Virus record (IMG/VR): IMGVR_UViG_3300002460_000044
Span: 1 to 48,850 of that record
Strand: one strand, 5' to 3'
From: a virus
DNA: 48,850 nt
The notes under the pieces are model-generated. The model searched no databases. It saw only the letters and a list, made by a program, of their open reading frames with translations, and was not told where the DNA came from. Shown one piece after another: positions 41,982 to 48,850 of the stretch; position 1 is the stretch's first letter, and each line of letters opens with the position of its first letter. The translations under genes and the position numbers were made by a program.

Positions 41982-42361
41982 AAACCTTTTGGGGCCAATC
42001 TTGCCTAGATTTAGGAGACAGACTCCGAACTAATATACGCAAATTGCACCTGCAATCAAACAAACGGCCCAGTTATTCTTTAAATGGTAAGCTGCTTAGA
42101 TACGCCCAAAGAGAAAATGTGAGGATAGAGGTGTGTTTTCCTACCAGAGACAATTATATAGTGTCTATGACCGCCACGGAGGCTTTAAAGGGTAGAAAAG
42201 AACTGCGACCTAGCCAGTTTGTTGGATCGAAAGATATGGACTTTTATTGGTTTGAGGTTCCGCAGGTATTTCCAGTCGAGGGTAAAAGAAAAGAATTATA
42301 TCAGCATCCAGATCAAGCAATCCAAGAAACCGCCGAGGCTTTGTTAGAGGATTTGGAATGA
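41942..42361 (+). CDS. Hypothetical protein (about 136-139 aa)
   Basis: ORF with a GTG 41942 or ATG 41951 start. No motif recognised. Confidence 0.45.
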   Translation: MDKMGNYRRSQGLKTFWGQSCLDLGDRLRTNIRKLHLQSNKRPSYSLNGKLLRYAQRENVRIEVCFPTRDNYIVSMTATEALKGRKELRPSQFVGSKDMDFYWFEVPQVFPVEGKRKELYQHPDQAIQETAEALLEDLE

Positions 42362-42585
42362 AAAAGACAACCAATCAAATAGCTGCTCCCGCTTGGATGT
42401 GGCAAGGGTTGTGGACTAACTGCAAACATAAGTTAGAAATAACACCCATTTTAGATAACGTAGATTTGACTTTCCAATGTAAAAAATGTAAGTGGTATTT
42501 TCATTATGTACATAGATTAGAGCCATATTTTCAACCGGATAAAAAACTTGACAAAAAGAAGCAAACAAGAGCAAAATTAAAGTAG
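42358..42585 (+). CDS. Hypothetical small protein with a Cys/His cluster (75 aa)
   Basis: ATGA coupling to the upstream ORF. NCKH...CKKCKWYFH suggests a zinc-ribbon-like site. Basic C-terminus. Confidence 0.45.
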   Translation: MKKTTNQIAAPAWMWQGLWTNCKHKLEITPILDNVDLTFQCKKCKWYFHYVHRLEPYFQPDKKLDKKKQTRAKLK

Positions 42586-42594
42586 TAGGTCTAA

Positions 42595-42680
42595 AAGAGG
42601 CTAGTGGTTTCATCTCCTTTCAATGGTTTATGGGCAAATAAACCTGATAGTAAATAGTCCCCAAACACCACTGGCTTCTT
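42595..42680 (+). terminator. Long imperfect hairpin after 42358..42585 (terminator or RNA-processing site candidate)
   Basis: About 16 bp: 42595-42610 pairs with 42664-42680, with 2 G-U pairs and 1 bulge, and a loop of about 50 nt. The 3' arm ends in cttctttt. Confidence 0.3.
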
Positions 42681-42717
42681 TTAGGTTTATTAGATTCTCC
42701 CGATTTGTTCGGGGTAA

Positions 42718-43230
42718 ATGATAAAACCAAACTATAGCGGCCTATTTAGATTCATTCTACTCATAGCCGCCTTGTTACTGGCTGCTTTAATAACTCAAGG
42801 AAACAGTAACGCCAAACAAAGAACAACAATTCAACAGTACGAGGGCAAAACTACCAAGTTAGAAGAACAATTAAAGAAGCTACAACAAGAAAAAGAACAA
42901 TTAAATAAAAAAGTTTCGCAGAGCAAAAGACAGCAGGTTGCGAAGCAGAATTGGCAGCAGGTGTCCTATTCTGTAGGCTGTGAGAAGTATAGGGCAGAGA
43001 TTAGTAAGTATGGCTGGAATGTTGATATAGCTATGAATGTGATGTATACCGAAAGCGGTTGTAACCCAAATGCTGTCAGTAGTACTGACGACCACGGATT
43101 GTTTCAGTTGCATTCTATACCCATTTACGACCCTGCTAAGAATATAGCCTACGCCTATTATAATAAATATTTAGCTGGAGGTTGGGGGCATTGGACTGTA
43201 TGTACTAGGGGAATAATTAATTGCTGGTGA
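42718..43230 (+). CDS. Lytic transglycosylase (SLT domain) with N-terminal signal-anchor and coiled-coil
   Basis: 170 aa. TM helix FRFILLIAALLLAALI, Gln/Lys coiled-coil segment, then MYTESGCNPNAVSSTDDHGLFQL (catalytic E-S and GLFQ motifs). Confidence 0.75.
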   Translation: MIKPNYSGLFRFILLIAALLLAALITQGNSNAKQRTTIQQYEGKTTKLEEQLKKLQQEKEQLNKKVSQSKRQQVAKQNWQQVSYSVGCEKYRAEISKYGWNVDIAMNVMYTESGCNPNAVSSTDDHGLFQLHSIPIYDPAKNIAYAYYNKYLAGGWGHWTVCTRGIINCW

Positions 43231-43409
43231 AAACATGGGGCGAGGTAGCAGAAAGACAAATAGCAAAGAATCTGGAAATGAAGCAAAAAAGGCTTATGTA
43301 CGCAGCCTTAGCGGCGTTCTTGGCGGTCGTACTCTTGCCGGTGTTGATATTGACAATACTTGGGTGGTTTTTCTTGACAAGAATAATTCTACCCATATAC
43401 GTCAATTAG
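43227..43409 (+). CDS. Small membrane protein (60 aa)
   Basis: The GTG overlaps the SLT stop (GTGA). It carries the hydrophobic helix YAALAAFLAVVLLPVLILTILGWFFL. Preferred over overlapping track ORF 43235..43477. Confidence 0.4.
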   Translation: MKTWGEVAERQIAKNLEMKQKRLMYAALAAFLAVVLLPVLILTILGWFFLTRIILPIYVN

Positions 43410-43430
43410 AAATATTTATGGAATGGCTCA

Positions 43431-43607
43431 ATGAAAGTAACCGAAGCAACCTTGAAGAAACTGAAGAACTGTCATAGATGCAAAGCAGTAAGAAGAAAGG
43501 AAGAAGAAGGACAGACATTTAGTATATTTAAAGAAGGAACAGACGAGATATTAGAAGTTTTTTGGAATTGCAGCAAGCACTCTATACAAGAAGAAATATA
43601 TGGTTGA
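43431..43607 (+). CDS. Small Cys-containing protein (58 aa), below the ORF-track cutoff
   Basis: My translation: MKVTEATLKKLKNCHRCKAVRRKEEEGQTFSIFKEGTDEILEVFWNCSKHSIQEEIYG. No strong SD. Confidence 0.3.
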   Translation: MKVTEATLKKLKNCHRCKAVRRKEEEGQTFSIFKEGTDEILEVFWNCSKHSIQEEIYG

Positions 43608-43738
43608 CCTTTGGTTTCGTAGGCTGGCTCTCGCTTTTGTGGTAAAAAGCAACCTTAAAATTAAAAAAGAAAATTAGATGGCAGTCTAATGGTAATCCAA
43701 GCTGGCCTACGACACGAGAGGTTAATCAGGGAGGCAAC

Positions 43739-43795
43739 ATGAAAATCTATCTTGCCACAGTAATTGGCGGAATTATTGGTTATTGGCTGTGGTAA
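43739..43795 (+). CDS. Tiny hydrophobic peptide (18 aa)
   Basis: My translation: MKIYLATVIGGIIGYWLW. SD GGGAGG lies 4 nt before the ATG. Confidence 0.25.
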   Translation: MKIYLATVIGGIIGYWLW

Positions 43796-43832
43796 TGGTG
43801 GCTTCTCCAGCAAACTCTAAGGAGGAGTTTCG

Positions 43833-44033
43833 ATGGTGGACTGTGCTCTGCTCACCGAGAGAGGAATAGTCTTTTGCTTTCTTCCAACGGGACTCTTTCA
43901 GACTTGGAAAGAAAAGCTGCGTTACTTGGCTGGTAACACCACCATTGAGGTAGGTATTGGAACCGCTAGTGAACATAGAATCTACTACGTCCGCCCAGAA
44001 CATATCTTAGTACGGTACCAGTACGGTAACTAG
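43833..44033 (+). CDS. Hypothetical protein (66 aa)
   Basis: Strong SD AAGGAGGAG 5 nt before the ATG. Preferred over the overlapping minus ORF 43773..44003. Confidence 0.45.
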   Translation: MVDCALLTERGIVFCFLPTGLFQTWKEKLRYLAGNTTIEVGIGTASEHRIYYVRPEHILVRYQYGN

Positions 44034-44205
44034 AAAGTACAGCGAGGATAGTATCAACCCGCCACCAGCTACGAGTCCTCGCTTGCTTGGGAGAGAAGAG
44101 GAAGTCGAATGACAGGCGGAACCTCCTCTCTCCGCCATCTCTTCCCTAACATAAAAGCCCCCAAAAGAAATTGAGGGCTCCTATGCCGACGTTCTGATTT
44201 GTGAA

Positions 44206-44448
44206 TTATTTCTTTGCAACTTCAGCTACTTTCTGTACTGCCGTTAATCCACCTACTGCTATTGCACCTGCATAAACAGCTTGGACAATCTGCGAATCAA
44301 GTGAAACAAAGGATAAAACAACTGCTACTATTGCCGCTAAAACAACTGTATAAGCACCAGCAAATTCATAACCAATAGCTTCTTTAGCTAAAAGTTTAAC
44401 AAACTGGGTAACACCAATTATGGCGGCTGTGGTTGTTAGTGGTTCCAT
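44206..44448 (-). CDS. Holin-like membrane protein (80 aa); last gene of the late operon
   Basis: Two to three hydrophobic helices (AGAYTVVLAAIVAVVLSFV, IVQAVYAGAIAVGGLTAV) and a charged C-terminus. SD GAAGGGGGT. Lies near the M23 peptidase gene. Confidence 0.5.
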   Translation of the reverse strand: MEPLTTTAAIIGVTQFVKLLAKEAIGYEFAGAYTVVLAAIVAVVLSFVSLDSQIVQAVYAGAIAVGGLTAVQKVAEVAKK

Positions 44449-44450
44449 GT

Positions 44451-44558
44451 TTAATATACCCCCTTCCCCAATAATTTTAAGGCTTTATTGATGCCATATT
44501 TTCTTTTAAATCTTCTGTATTGTTTCATCGACTTTCTATAAAAGGCATATTTAGCCAT
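44451..44558 (-). CDS. Tiny basic protein (35 aa) between the peptidase and holin genes
   Basis: My translation: MAKYAFYRKSMKQYRRFKRKYGINKALKLLGKGVY. The ATG directly follows the M23 stop, and its stop lies 2 nt before the holin ATG. Confidence 0.3.
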   Translation of the reverse strand: MAKYAFYRKSMKQYRRFKRKYGINKALKLLGKGVY

Positions 44559-45425
44559 TTACATATTCCCTACACGAATATCGTGGATAAAGGCTTTTAC
44601 TTTTTCCCAAAAGCTAACACCTTTTTTAAATTCTTTAGGCTTTTCTACACCAGTATCGGGCATGGCAAGTTGTTGTTTCAACTCGGTGATTTCCTTGTCT
44701 TTTGTTACAACAGAGGCTTCTAGCTCCTTTACACGCCCTTGTAGACCAGTTGCTACCGTTTGGGCTGTCTTAGCGGCTTCTTCTAATTTTGTAAGTTGAG
44801 AACGTATAGAGGCGATGTCTTTGTCGTATTGGGACTTTTTTACCCAGTTTGTGTAAAGATATTTTTGTTGGATATAGGTATAGGGTCGGTTCTTGGCAAA
44901 TTCTGGATGTTTTTGATAGGCTGTTATTTCCGCAGTATTAGGCCAACGAGCATTTACAGTAATAAAGATATTTTTGAATATATCTATTTTATCTGCCATA
45001 GGGTTCACCTCCTCCCATTTTACTACATTTTTGTCATCGGGGTTTTTAGGAACATAGTATTTACCTTCCTGGTGGAGTATCGAAAAGTGCAGGTGTGGTC
45101 CTGTAGCAAAACCAGTCGCACCAGATTTTCCTACAACTTGTCCCCTTTTAAATTTAGCTCCATTAGCGGGAATTTGAGAGCAGTGGGCATACCAAGCCAT
45201 CCAACCTGGGTATTTATTGAAATGGAGAATAAAACTATAACCGCCACCCTTCGTATCTTTTACTGAGTGGGAAATATAACCATCATCGCAGGTAATAAGT
45301 GAGGTTCCTGTAGAAACAGCGTAATCAATGCCATACCATGTATTCGGGTTGTCTTTAACGTGGGCGGCAAACCCCCTAGTTACTTTAGGTCTGCCTTGTA
45401 ATGGCTTAACTAAGTTAGGTGCCAT
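44559..45425 (-). CDS. M23 (LytM-type) peptidase-domain protein with C-terminal coiled-coil (endolysin or virion-associated lysin)
   Basis: 288 aa. WYGIDYA sits at the HxGxD position, followed by WYAHC and GATGFATGPHLHF. The C-terminus (LTKLEEAAKTAQTVATGLQGRVKELEASV) looks coiled-coil. Confidence 0.7.
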   Translation of the reverse strand: MAPNLVKPLQGRPKVTRGFAAHVKDNPNTWYGIDYAVSTGTSLITCDDGYISHSVKDTKGGGYSFILHFNKYPGWMAWYAHCSQIPANGAKFKRGQVVGKSGATGFATGPHLHFSILHQEGKYYVPKNPDDKNVVKWEEVNPMADKIDIFKNIFITVNARWPNTAEITAYQKHPEFAKNRPYTYIQQKYLYTNWVKKSQYDKDIASIRSQLTKLEEAAKTAQTVATGLQGRVKELEASVVTKDKEITELKQQLAMPDTGVEKPKEFKKGVSFWEKVKAFIHDIRVGNM

Positions 45426-45440
45426 ATGGTTATCAATATA

Positions 45441-45701
45441 TCACAAATTAGCAATTTCTTCTTCTATATCTTCTTCGCTGTCTTTTATCATTTTCTTAGC
45501 AATATCTCTAGCCTTTTTCTTTTCCCCATTGTGGGAAAGAACAAAGAGTAGAATAATCCTACCGAATTTGTTTACTCTATCTTCTAACCTTTGCAAGGCT
45601 CTACCAATGTAATAAACAATAGCTACTGTGGCGATAATAGGAAACCCTAATATGAGAAACACCACCGACTCACTTGAAAATGCTTTTATTAGTTCTTCCA
45701 T
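45441..45701 (-). CDS. Small membrane protein (86 aa), lysis-accessory candidate
   Basis: N-terminal TM helix VVFLILGFPIIATVAIVYYIG and a highly charged C-terminal half. The ATG overlaps the upstream stop (TAATG). Confidence 0.4.
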   Translation of the reverse strand: MEELIKAFSSESVVFLILGFPIIATVAIVYYIGRALQRLEDRVNKFGRIILLFVLSHNGEKKKARDIAKKMIKDSEEDIEEEIANL

Positions 45702-47542
45702 TAAACTCCTCCTGTTAAGGATTGAAGTATTGCTTCGGTATCTATTCCAGGGCTGCCTCCCATAAAGGCTGCATTTTGTAGTGCCTGTTCACTAGCACCA
45801 ATTAGATCATAAAGATTTTGAAGCTTTAGGGCTGCCTCTTGTTGAGAGTCATAAACTGTAGGAAGCAAATCCACCGCTGCTTGGATATCCGATGCACTCA
45901 AAGTACCAACTTCACCTAATGCCTTAATTATTCGTCTAGCTGCACCAGCTCTTAACGATTGATATGCTCTAGCTTGGGGGTTGACTCCAGCTAAAGCCCC
46001 TGCTTGTCTACCAAAACCTGTAAATCTAGCTACCAACCCACTTTCGGGTGCGTTTATACTTGCATACCCTTGTGCTACCTGATCTATTATAACTTTAGCA
46101 GACTGAGCACCCGCCAGTTGTGTTCTAATAGAAGCTGGTATGTTTTGTTCTTGAGGCCCACCCACTTTTAGTAAAGCATTAACTAAAGAAGGCTCCGCTC
46201 CAGATAAGAGTAATTGAAATGCTTGTTCTCTGGTTATTAAAGGTTGCTGTTGAGTAACTTCTGTACCCAAAGGTTGGGAAATTGCACCGCCGCCGAAAGC
46301 ACCCAATTCACTTGGTTGGGGAATTCCTGTTTCAGCTTGAGTTCCTCCGAAGCCAGTTAAAGCTCTAGGGATTAGTTGTCCTGCGATAGCTCTTGTGGCT
46401 CTACCCAAAGCAGAAGGGATAGCCGCTTCAACTCCTGCACCTTCTATGGCACCAGCCCCCCGTTCAACTCCTGCTTGAATAGGTCTGCCAATAATATCAG
46501 GTAATCTTACTCTTCCTGCAAATGGTACTGGTATTCTTACTCCTGTTTCAGCTGCTTTTTGTATTCCTGATGACCCAGAAATTATGTTTGATATTTCTGT
46601 AGTTAGGAACTTAGCATCAGGTACCTCACTCGTGATCAAGTCATCAATCTGCTTCCAGATAGCGTATTTTGCTGCCTCTTTTGATTGTAAAGTACCACCT
46701 TGGGTTATTTTAGGAAACGTATTAGTTAGCTGTTTACCTAAACTTAATTTATAGTCAAATAAGTTATCAAACCTACCTTTAGTTTGAAGAACTAGTTTAT
46801 TTACTTCGTTCTCTAAACTAGTAGCATGTAAATTATCCGCTGGATTGAATTCTACAATATCATCAGCCCCAGCAATTAATCTATTCTTCAAGGTACTTTT
46901 ACCAAGCGGTTTTACTCCAGCGCCTTGAATTAATTGCTTAGCCTGATCAGATAATAATTTCATCTGACCAGGTATCTTTTCACCTATAGCTTGAGGACTA
47001 CCACGTAATCCTTGCCTCCCTAAAGTATCAGTAATATCCTTTTGTTGAGCAGCAAAGAAAGGCCCCTTACCTGGTGGCTTAAGTATAGACCTTCTAGCAC
47101 CTGCGGCCACGGTCTTTGCTAACCCTCTTTTAGTTAATTCCTCTCCAGCTTCGCCAGCCACCCTACCTGCTGTAGCTGCTGTCCTACCTGCTCCTAATAA
47201 TCTACCTGCTATACCGCCTAAACCACCAAGAGCTGTTTCTGCGGCTAAACCACCGACATTAAACTTACCTTTATTAAATAATATCTGTTCTAGTAATTCC
47301 CCTAGTCCTGCACCACCTGCACCACCAGCAATTGTTCCTGCTCCTGGAGCTAGGAAACTACCCCCAACGGCACCACCAATAGCACCAACGGTGGGTAATA
47401 CATTAAATCTTTGTAGAAAGTTTTGTTGTTGAGGCTGTTGTTGCGGTTGTAATGCTTGCATTGGTAGAGGTACGAAACCCCCCTGTCGTTGGCCAGTTCT
47501 TTGTCCTATTACTGCTTGTAGCTGATCTAAATATATAGGCAT
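45701..47542 (-). CDS. Gly/Ala/Gln-rich internal-virion (ejection/core) protein candidate (613 aa)
   Basis: Long ORF. N-terminal poly-Q segment (QPQQQPQQQ) and Gly/Ala-rich hydrophobic stretch (VGAIGGAVGGSFLAPGAGTIAGGAGGAGLG). The call is based on position and composition. Confidence 0.35.
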   Translation of the reverse strand: MPIYLDQLQAVIGQRTGQRQGGFVPLPMQALQPQQQPQQQNFLQRFNVLPTVGAIGGAVGGSFLAPGAGTIAGGAGGAGLGELLEQILFNKGKFNVGGLAAETALGGLGGIAGRLLGAGRTAATAGRVAGEAGEELTKRGLAKTVAAGARRSILKPPGKGPFFAAQQKDITDTLGRQGLRGSPQAIGEKIPGQMKLLSDQAKQLIQGAGVKPLGKSTLKNRLIAGADDIVEFNPADNLHATSLENEVNKLVLQTKGRFDNLFDYKLSLGKQLTNTFPKITQGGTLQSKEAAKYAIWKQIDDLITSEVPDAKFLTTEISNIISGSSGIQKAAETGVRIPVPFAGRVRLPDIIGRPIQAGVERGAGAIEGAGVEAAIPSALGRATRAIAGQLIPRALTGFGGTQAETGIPQPSELGAFGGGAISQPLGTEVTQQQPLITREQAFQLLLSGAEPSLVNALLKVGGPQEQNIPASIRTQLAGAQSAKVIIDQVAQGYASINAPESGLVARFTGFGRQAGALAGVNPQARAYQSLRAGAARRIIKALGEVGTLSASDIQAAVDLLPTVYDSQQEAALKLQNLYDLIGASEQALQNAAFMGGSPGIDTEAILQSLTGGV

Positions 47543-47545
47543 CTT

Positions 47546-48385
47546 TTATTTCCTTCCAAAGAAGCTGGTTAATCCCGAAGCAATACTACCCAAAGGCCCT
47601 GGTAAAAATGCGGCCAAAGCACTTTTTCCTCCTACCTCTAAGGGACTAGGACGAGTAGATGAGGGGGCTATGACTGTTGGTTTGTTATATGATTTATCCG
47701 CCATAGATGTAAGAGTTTTCTTTTCTTGTGGGGTTAGATTTGGGAATTGGTTTATTATTTGCATAGCTTGATTAAAGTTTCTAGCGTAAGGTAACACTGA
47801 TTCTCTAAATGCTATTGGTATATTTACTGGTTGTCTTGAGCCACCACCAGGAGTACCTCCTTGACCAAAACCACCCAATGCCGCAGCCTGAGCCGCCGCC
47901 GCTCTTTGTTGTTCAAGAAATTGATACTGGGCAAATAAATCTTGATAAGATTGTCTAGCTTGTTGAGCTGCACTTTGTTGAGCCAATACTTGGGCTTGAT
48001 AAGCACGAGTAGCACTATCTACTACGTTACCAATACCGCCAAGAGAAGCACCAATAAGTAAATTGGCGGTAGATAAGGGTGTATAAGCAGCTGCTCTTTG
48101 CTGGGCTCTTACTCGTCTTACTTCAGTAGGGGAAAAGATTACATCTGCTCCTTCACCTTGACCTAAATATTGCTGGGCACTAACAGGAGTAGTACCCGCA
48201 GTAAGAAAACCCTGTTGGGCTGCTTCTCTTTGCTGAATAAGAGGATTAGCAGTAGTAAATTTTTTAGTTAAAGCCTCGTTAAGTAAATCAGGTAAGGTAG
48301 TAAGTCTAGTCGTCCCTGCTGCTGCGGTTCTTTCTAAACTTTCTGCTTGCCCTCTGGCTCTGTTTACATCTTCTAGTGTTGCCAT
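47546..48385 (-). CDS. Gln/Ala-rich internal-virion protein candidate (279 aa)
   Basis: ORF with low-complexity Q/A-rich helical composition. Tightly packed between neighbouring genes. Confidence 0.35.
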   Translation of the reverse strand: MATLEDVNRARGQAESLERTAAAGTTRLTTLPDLLNEALTKKFTTANPLIQQREAAQQGFLTAGTTPVSAQQYLGQGEGADVIFSPTEVRRVRAQQRAAAYTPLSTANLLIGASLGGIGNVVDSATRAYQAQVLAQQSAAQQARQSYQDLFAQYQFLEQQRAAAAQAAALGGFGQGGTPGGGSRQPVNIPIAFRESVLPYARNFNQAMQIINQFPNLTPQEKKTLTSMADKSYNKPTVIAPSSTRPSPLEVGGKSALAAFLPGPLGSIASGLTSFFGRK

Positions 48386-48386
48386 A

Positions 48387-48850
48387 TTATATTCCTAAAA
48401 ACTGCGTTTCTATTCTTTGTTGTCTGCCTAAAAAGTCGGTAAAGGTTTCACCTGGTGCTTGCCCTAAGAATTCTGTTTTTTCCAGTTGGCTTTGTAACCC
48501 TTCTCTTCTCCTTGCCACTCCAACATCTTCAGCCACGTCGATACCCTTCTCTCTAAGTATATCACGCTGGCCCATTCTTTGTTGCCGTTCAAGGTCTTCC
48601 CTAGTTCTAGCTCCAAGTAGTCCTGCTTCTCGTTCTCTTATTTGTTGTCCTCTCATAAATTCACCAGTTTTAAATTGGGATTCTTCTGTTAATCCACCTT
48701 CTTCACGTAGTCTTCTGCCGCTAAAGAAAAGTCCTGCGTCGCTAAACCCCTCCCTACTGGCATTAACCGCTCTATCTAGTTCCATCTTGGCCCTACCCGT
48801 ATAGCTCTCGGTATCGGCTTTTAAGTCTGCGAGTAAATTTTGTTCATCAA
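48387..48850 (-). CDS. C-terminal part of the gene that wraps the window ends (see 1..511)
   Basis: Track ORF 48387..48785 is the internal-Met version. The frame stays open upstream to the window end and continues in frame at 76..511. Confidence 0.7.
   Translation of the reverse strand, partial: DEQNLLADLKADTESYTGRAKMELDRAVNASREGFSDAGLFFSGRRLREEGGLTEESQFKTGEFMRGQQIREREAGLLGARTREDLERQQRMGQRDILREKGIDVAEDVGVARRREGLQSQLEKTEFLGQAPGETFTDFLGRQQRIETQFLGI
48776..48850. repeat. Terminal overlap copy 2, identical to 1..75
   Basis: Read directly (see the 1..75 feature). Confidence 0.9.

Noticed and set aside
42416-42613. Minus-strand ORF of 65 aa
   Set aside because: It is antisense to a coupled plus-strand gene block and has no SD.
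43235-43477. Plus-strand ORF of 80 aa overlapping 43227..43409 and 43431..43607
   Set aside because: The alternative pair of ORFs gives a tidier arrangement: a GTGA-coupled membrane protein, then a non-overlapping Cys-containing ORF. This is a judgement call and not strongly excluded.
43773-44003. Minus-strand ORF of 76 aa
   Set aside because: It overlaps plus ORF 43833..44033, which has a strong SD (AAGGAGGAG) at ideal spacing. The minus ORF would also lie beyond the end of the late operon.
44090-44133. 12-bp hairpin (ggagagaagagg/cctcctctctcc) and the neighbouring agcgagga/tcctcgct hairpin, as intrinsic terminators at the convergence of the early and late transcription units
   Set aside because: No U-tract follows on either strand, so I did not annotate them as terminators. 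They may still act as bidirectional barriers or RNA-stability elements.
1-48850. Alternative genetic code (stop-codon reassignment) as the explanation for odd starts and short mini-ORFs
   Set aside because: Long ORFs are intact under the standard code, and TAA, TAG and TGA are all used as terminators of well-supported genes. The out-of-frame ATG frames contain multiple different stops.

Overview
The window appears to be a complete, circularly closed dsDNA tailed-phage genome. It has 48,775 unique bp: bases 1-75 are identical to 48776-48850, and a minus-strand gene reads through that junction. Nearly all genes sit in one long minus-strand late operon. In transcription order it runs terS (39662), RHH regulator, terL, portal, scaffold, major capsid, three small capsid-adjacent proteins, a 13.4-kb sugar-biosynthesis/glycosyltransferase island, fibre and tailspike genes, then wraps the window ends into low-complexity internal-virion proteins and an M23 peptidase/holin lysis cassette ending at 44206. 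A short plus-strand block (38338-38532 and 39918-44033) holds small regulatory, membrane and zinc-ribbon ORFs, an excisionase-type HTH, an HNH nuclease and an SLT lytic transglycosylase. I recognised no polymerase, primase, helicase, recombinase, integrase, tRNA, CRISPR array, tape-measure, sheath or tail-tube gene. The standout feature is six late-operon proteins with uninterrupted Ser/Thr tracts. One is a 1122-aa ORF that is Ser/Thr apart from its 24-aa and 19-aa termini and three isolated residues. They sit in the same operon as 9 predicted glycosyltransferases, 3 methyltransferases and 4 sugar-modifying enzymes, with no flippase, polymerase, ligase or lipid-carrier enzyme. Enzyme island plus acceptor tracts take about 37% of the genome. 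I read this as a candidate self-contained, cytoplasmic virion O-glycosylation system (a 'mucin-coated phage'). Other points are three freestanding homing endonuclease genes of two families (LAGLIDADG and HNH, one of them HNH-AP2), sigma70-like promoters (two apparently leaderless), a promoter-plus-terminator leader before the first early gene, a candidate structured RNA, and several structural genes whose strong SD-ATG is out of frame with the long ORF. All functional calls rest on motifs read by eye; no database search was possible.
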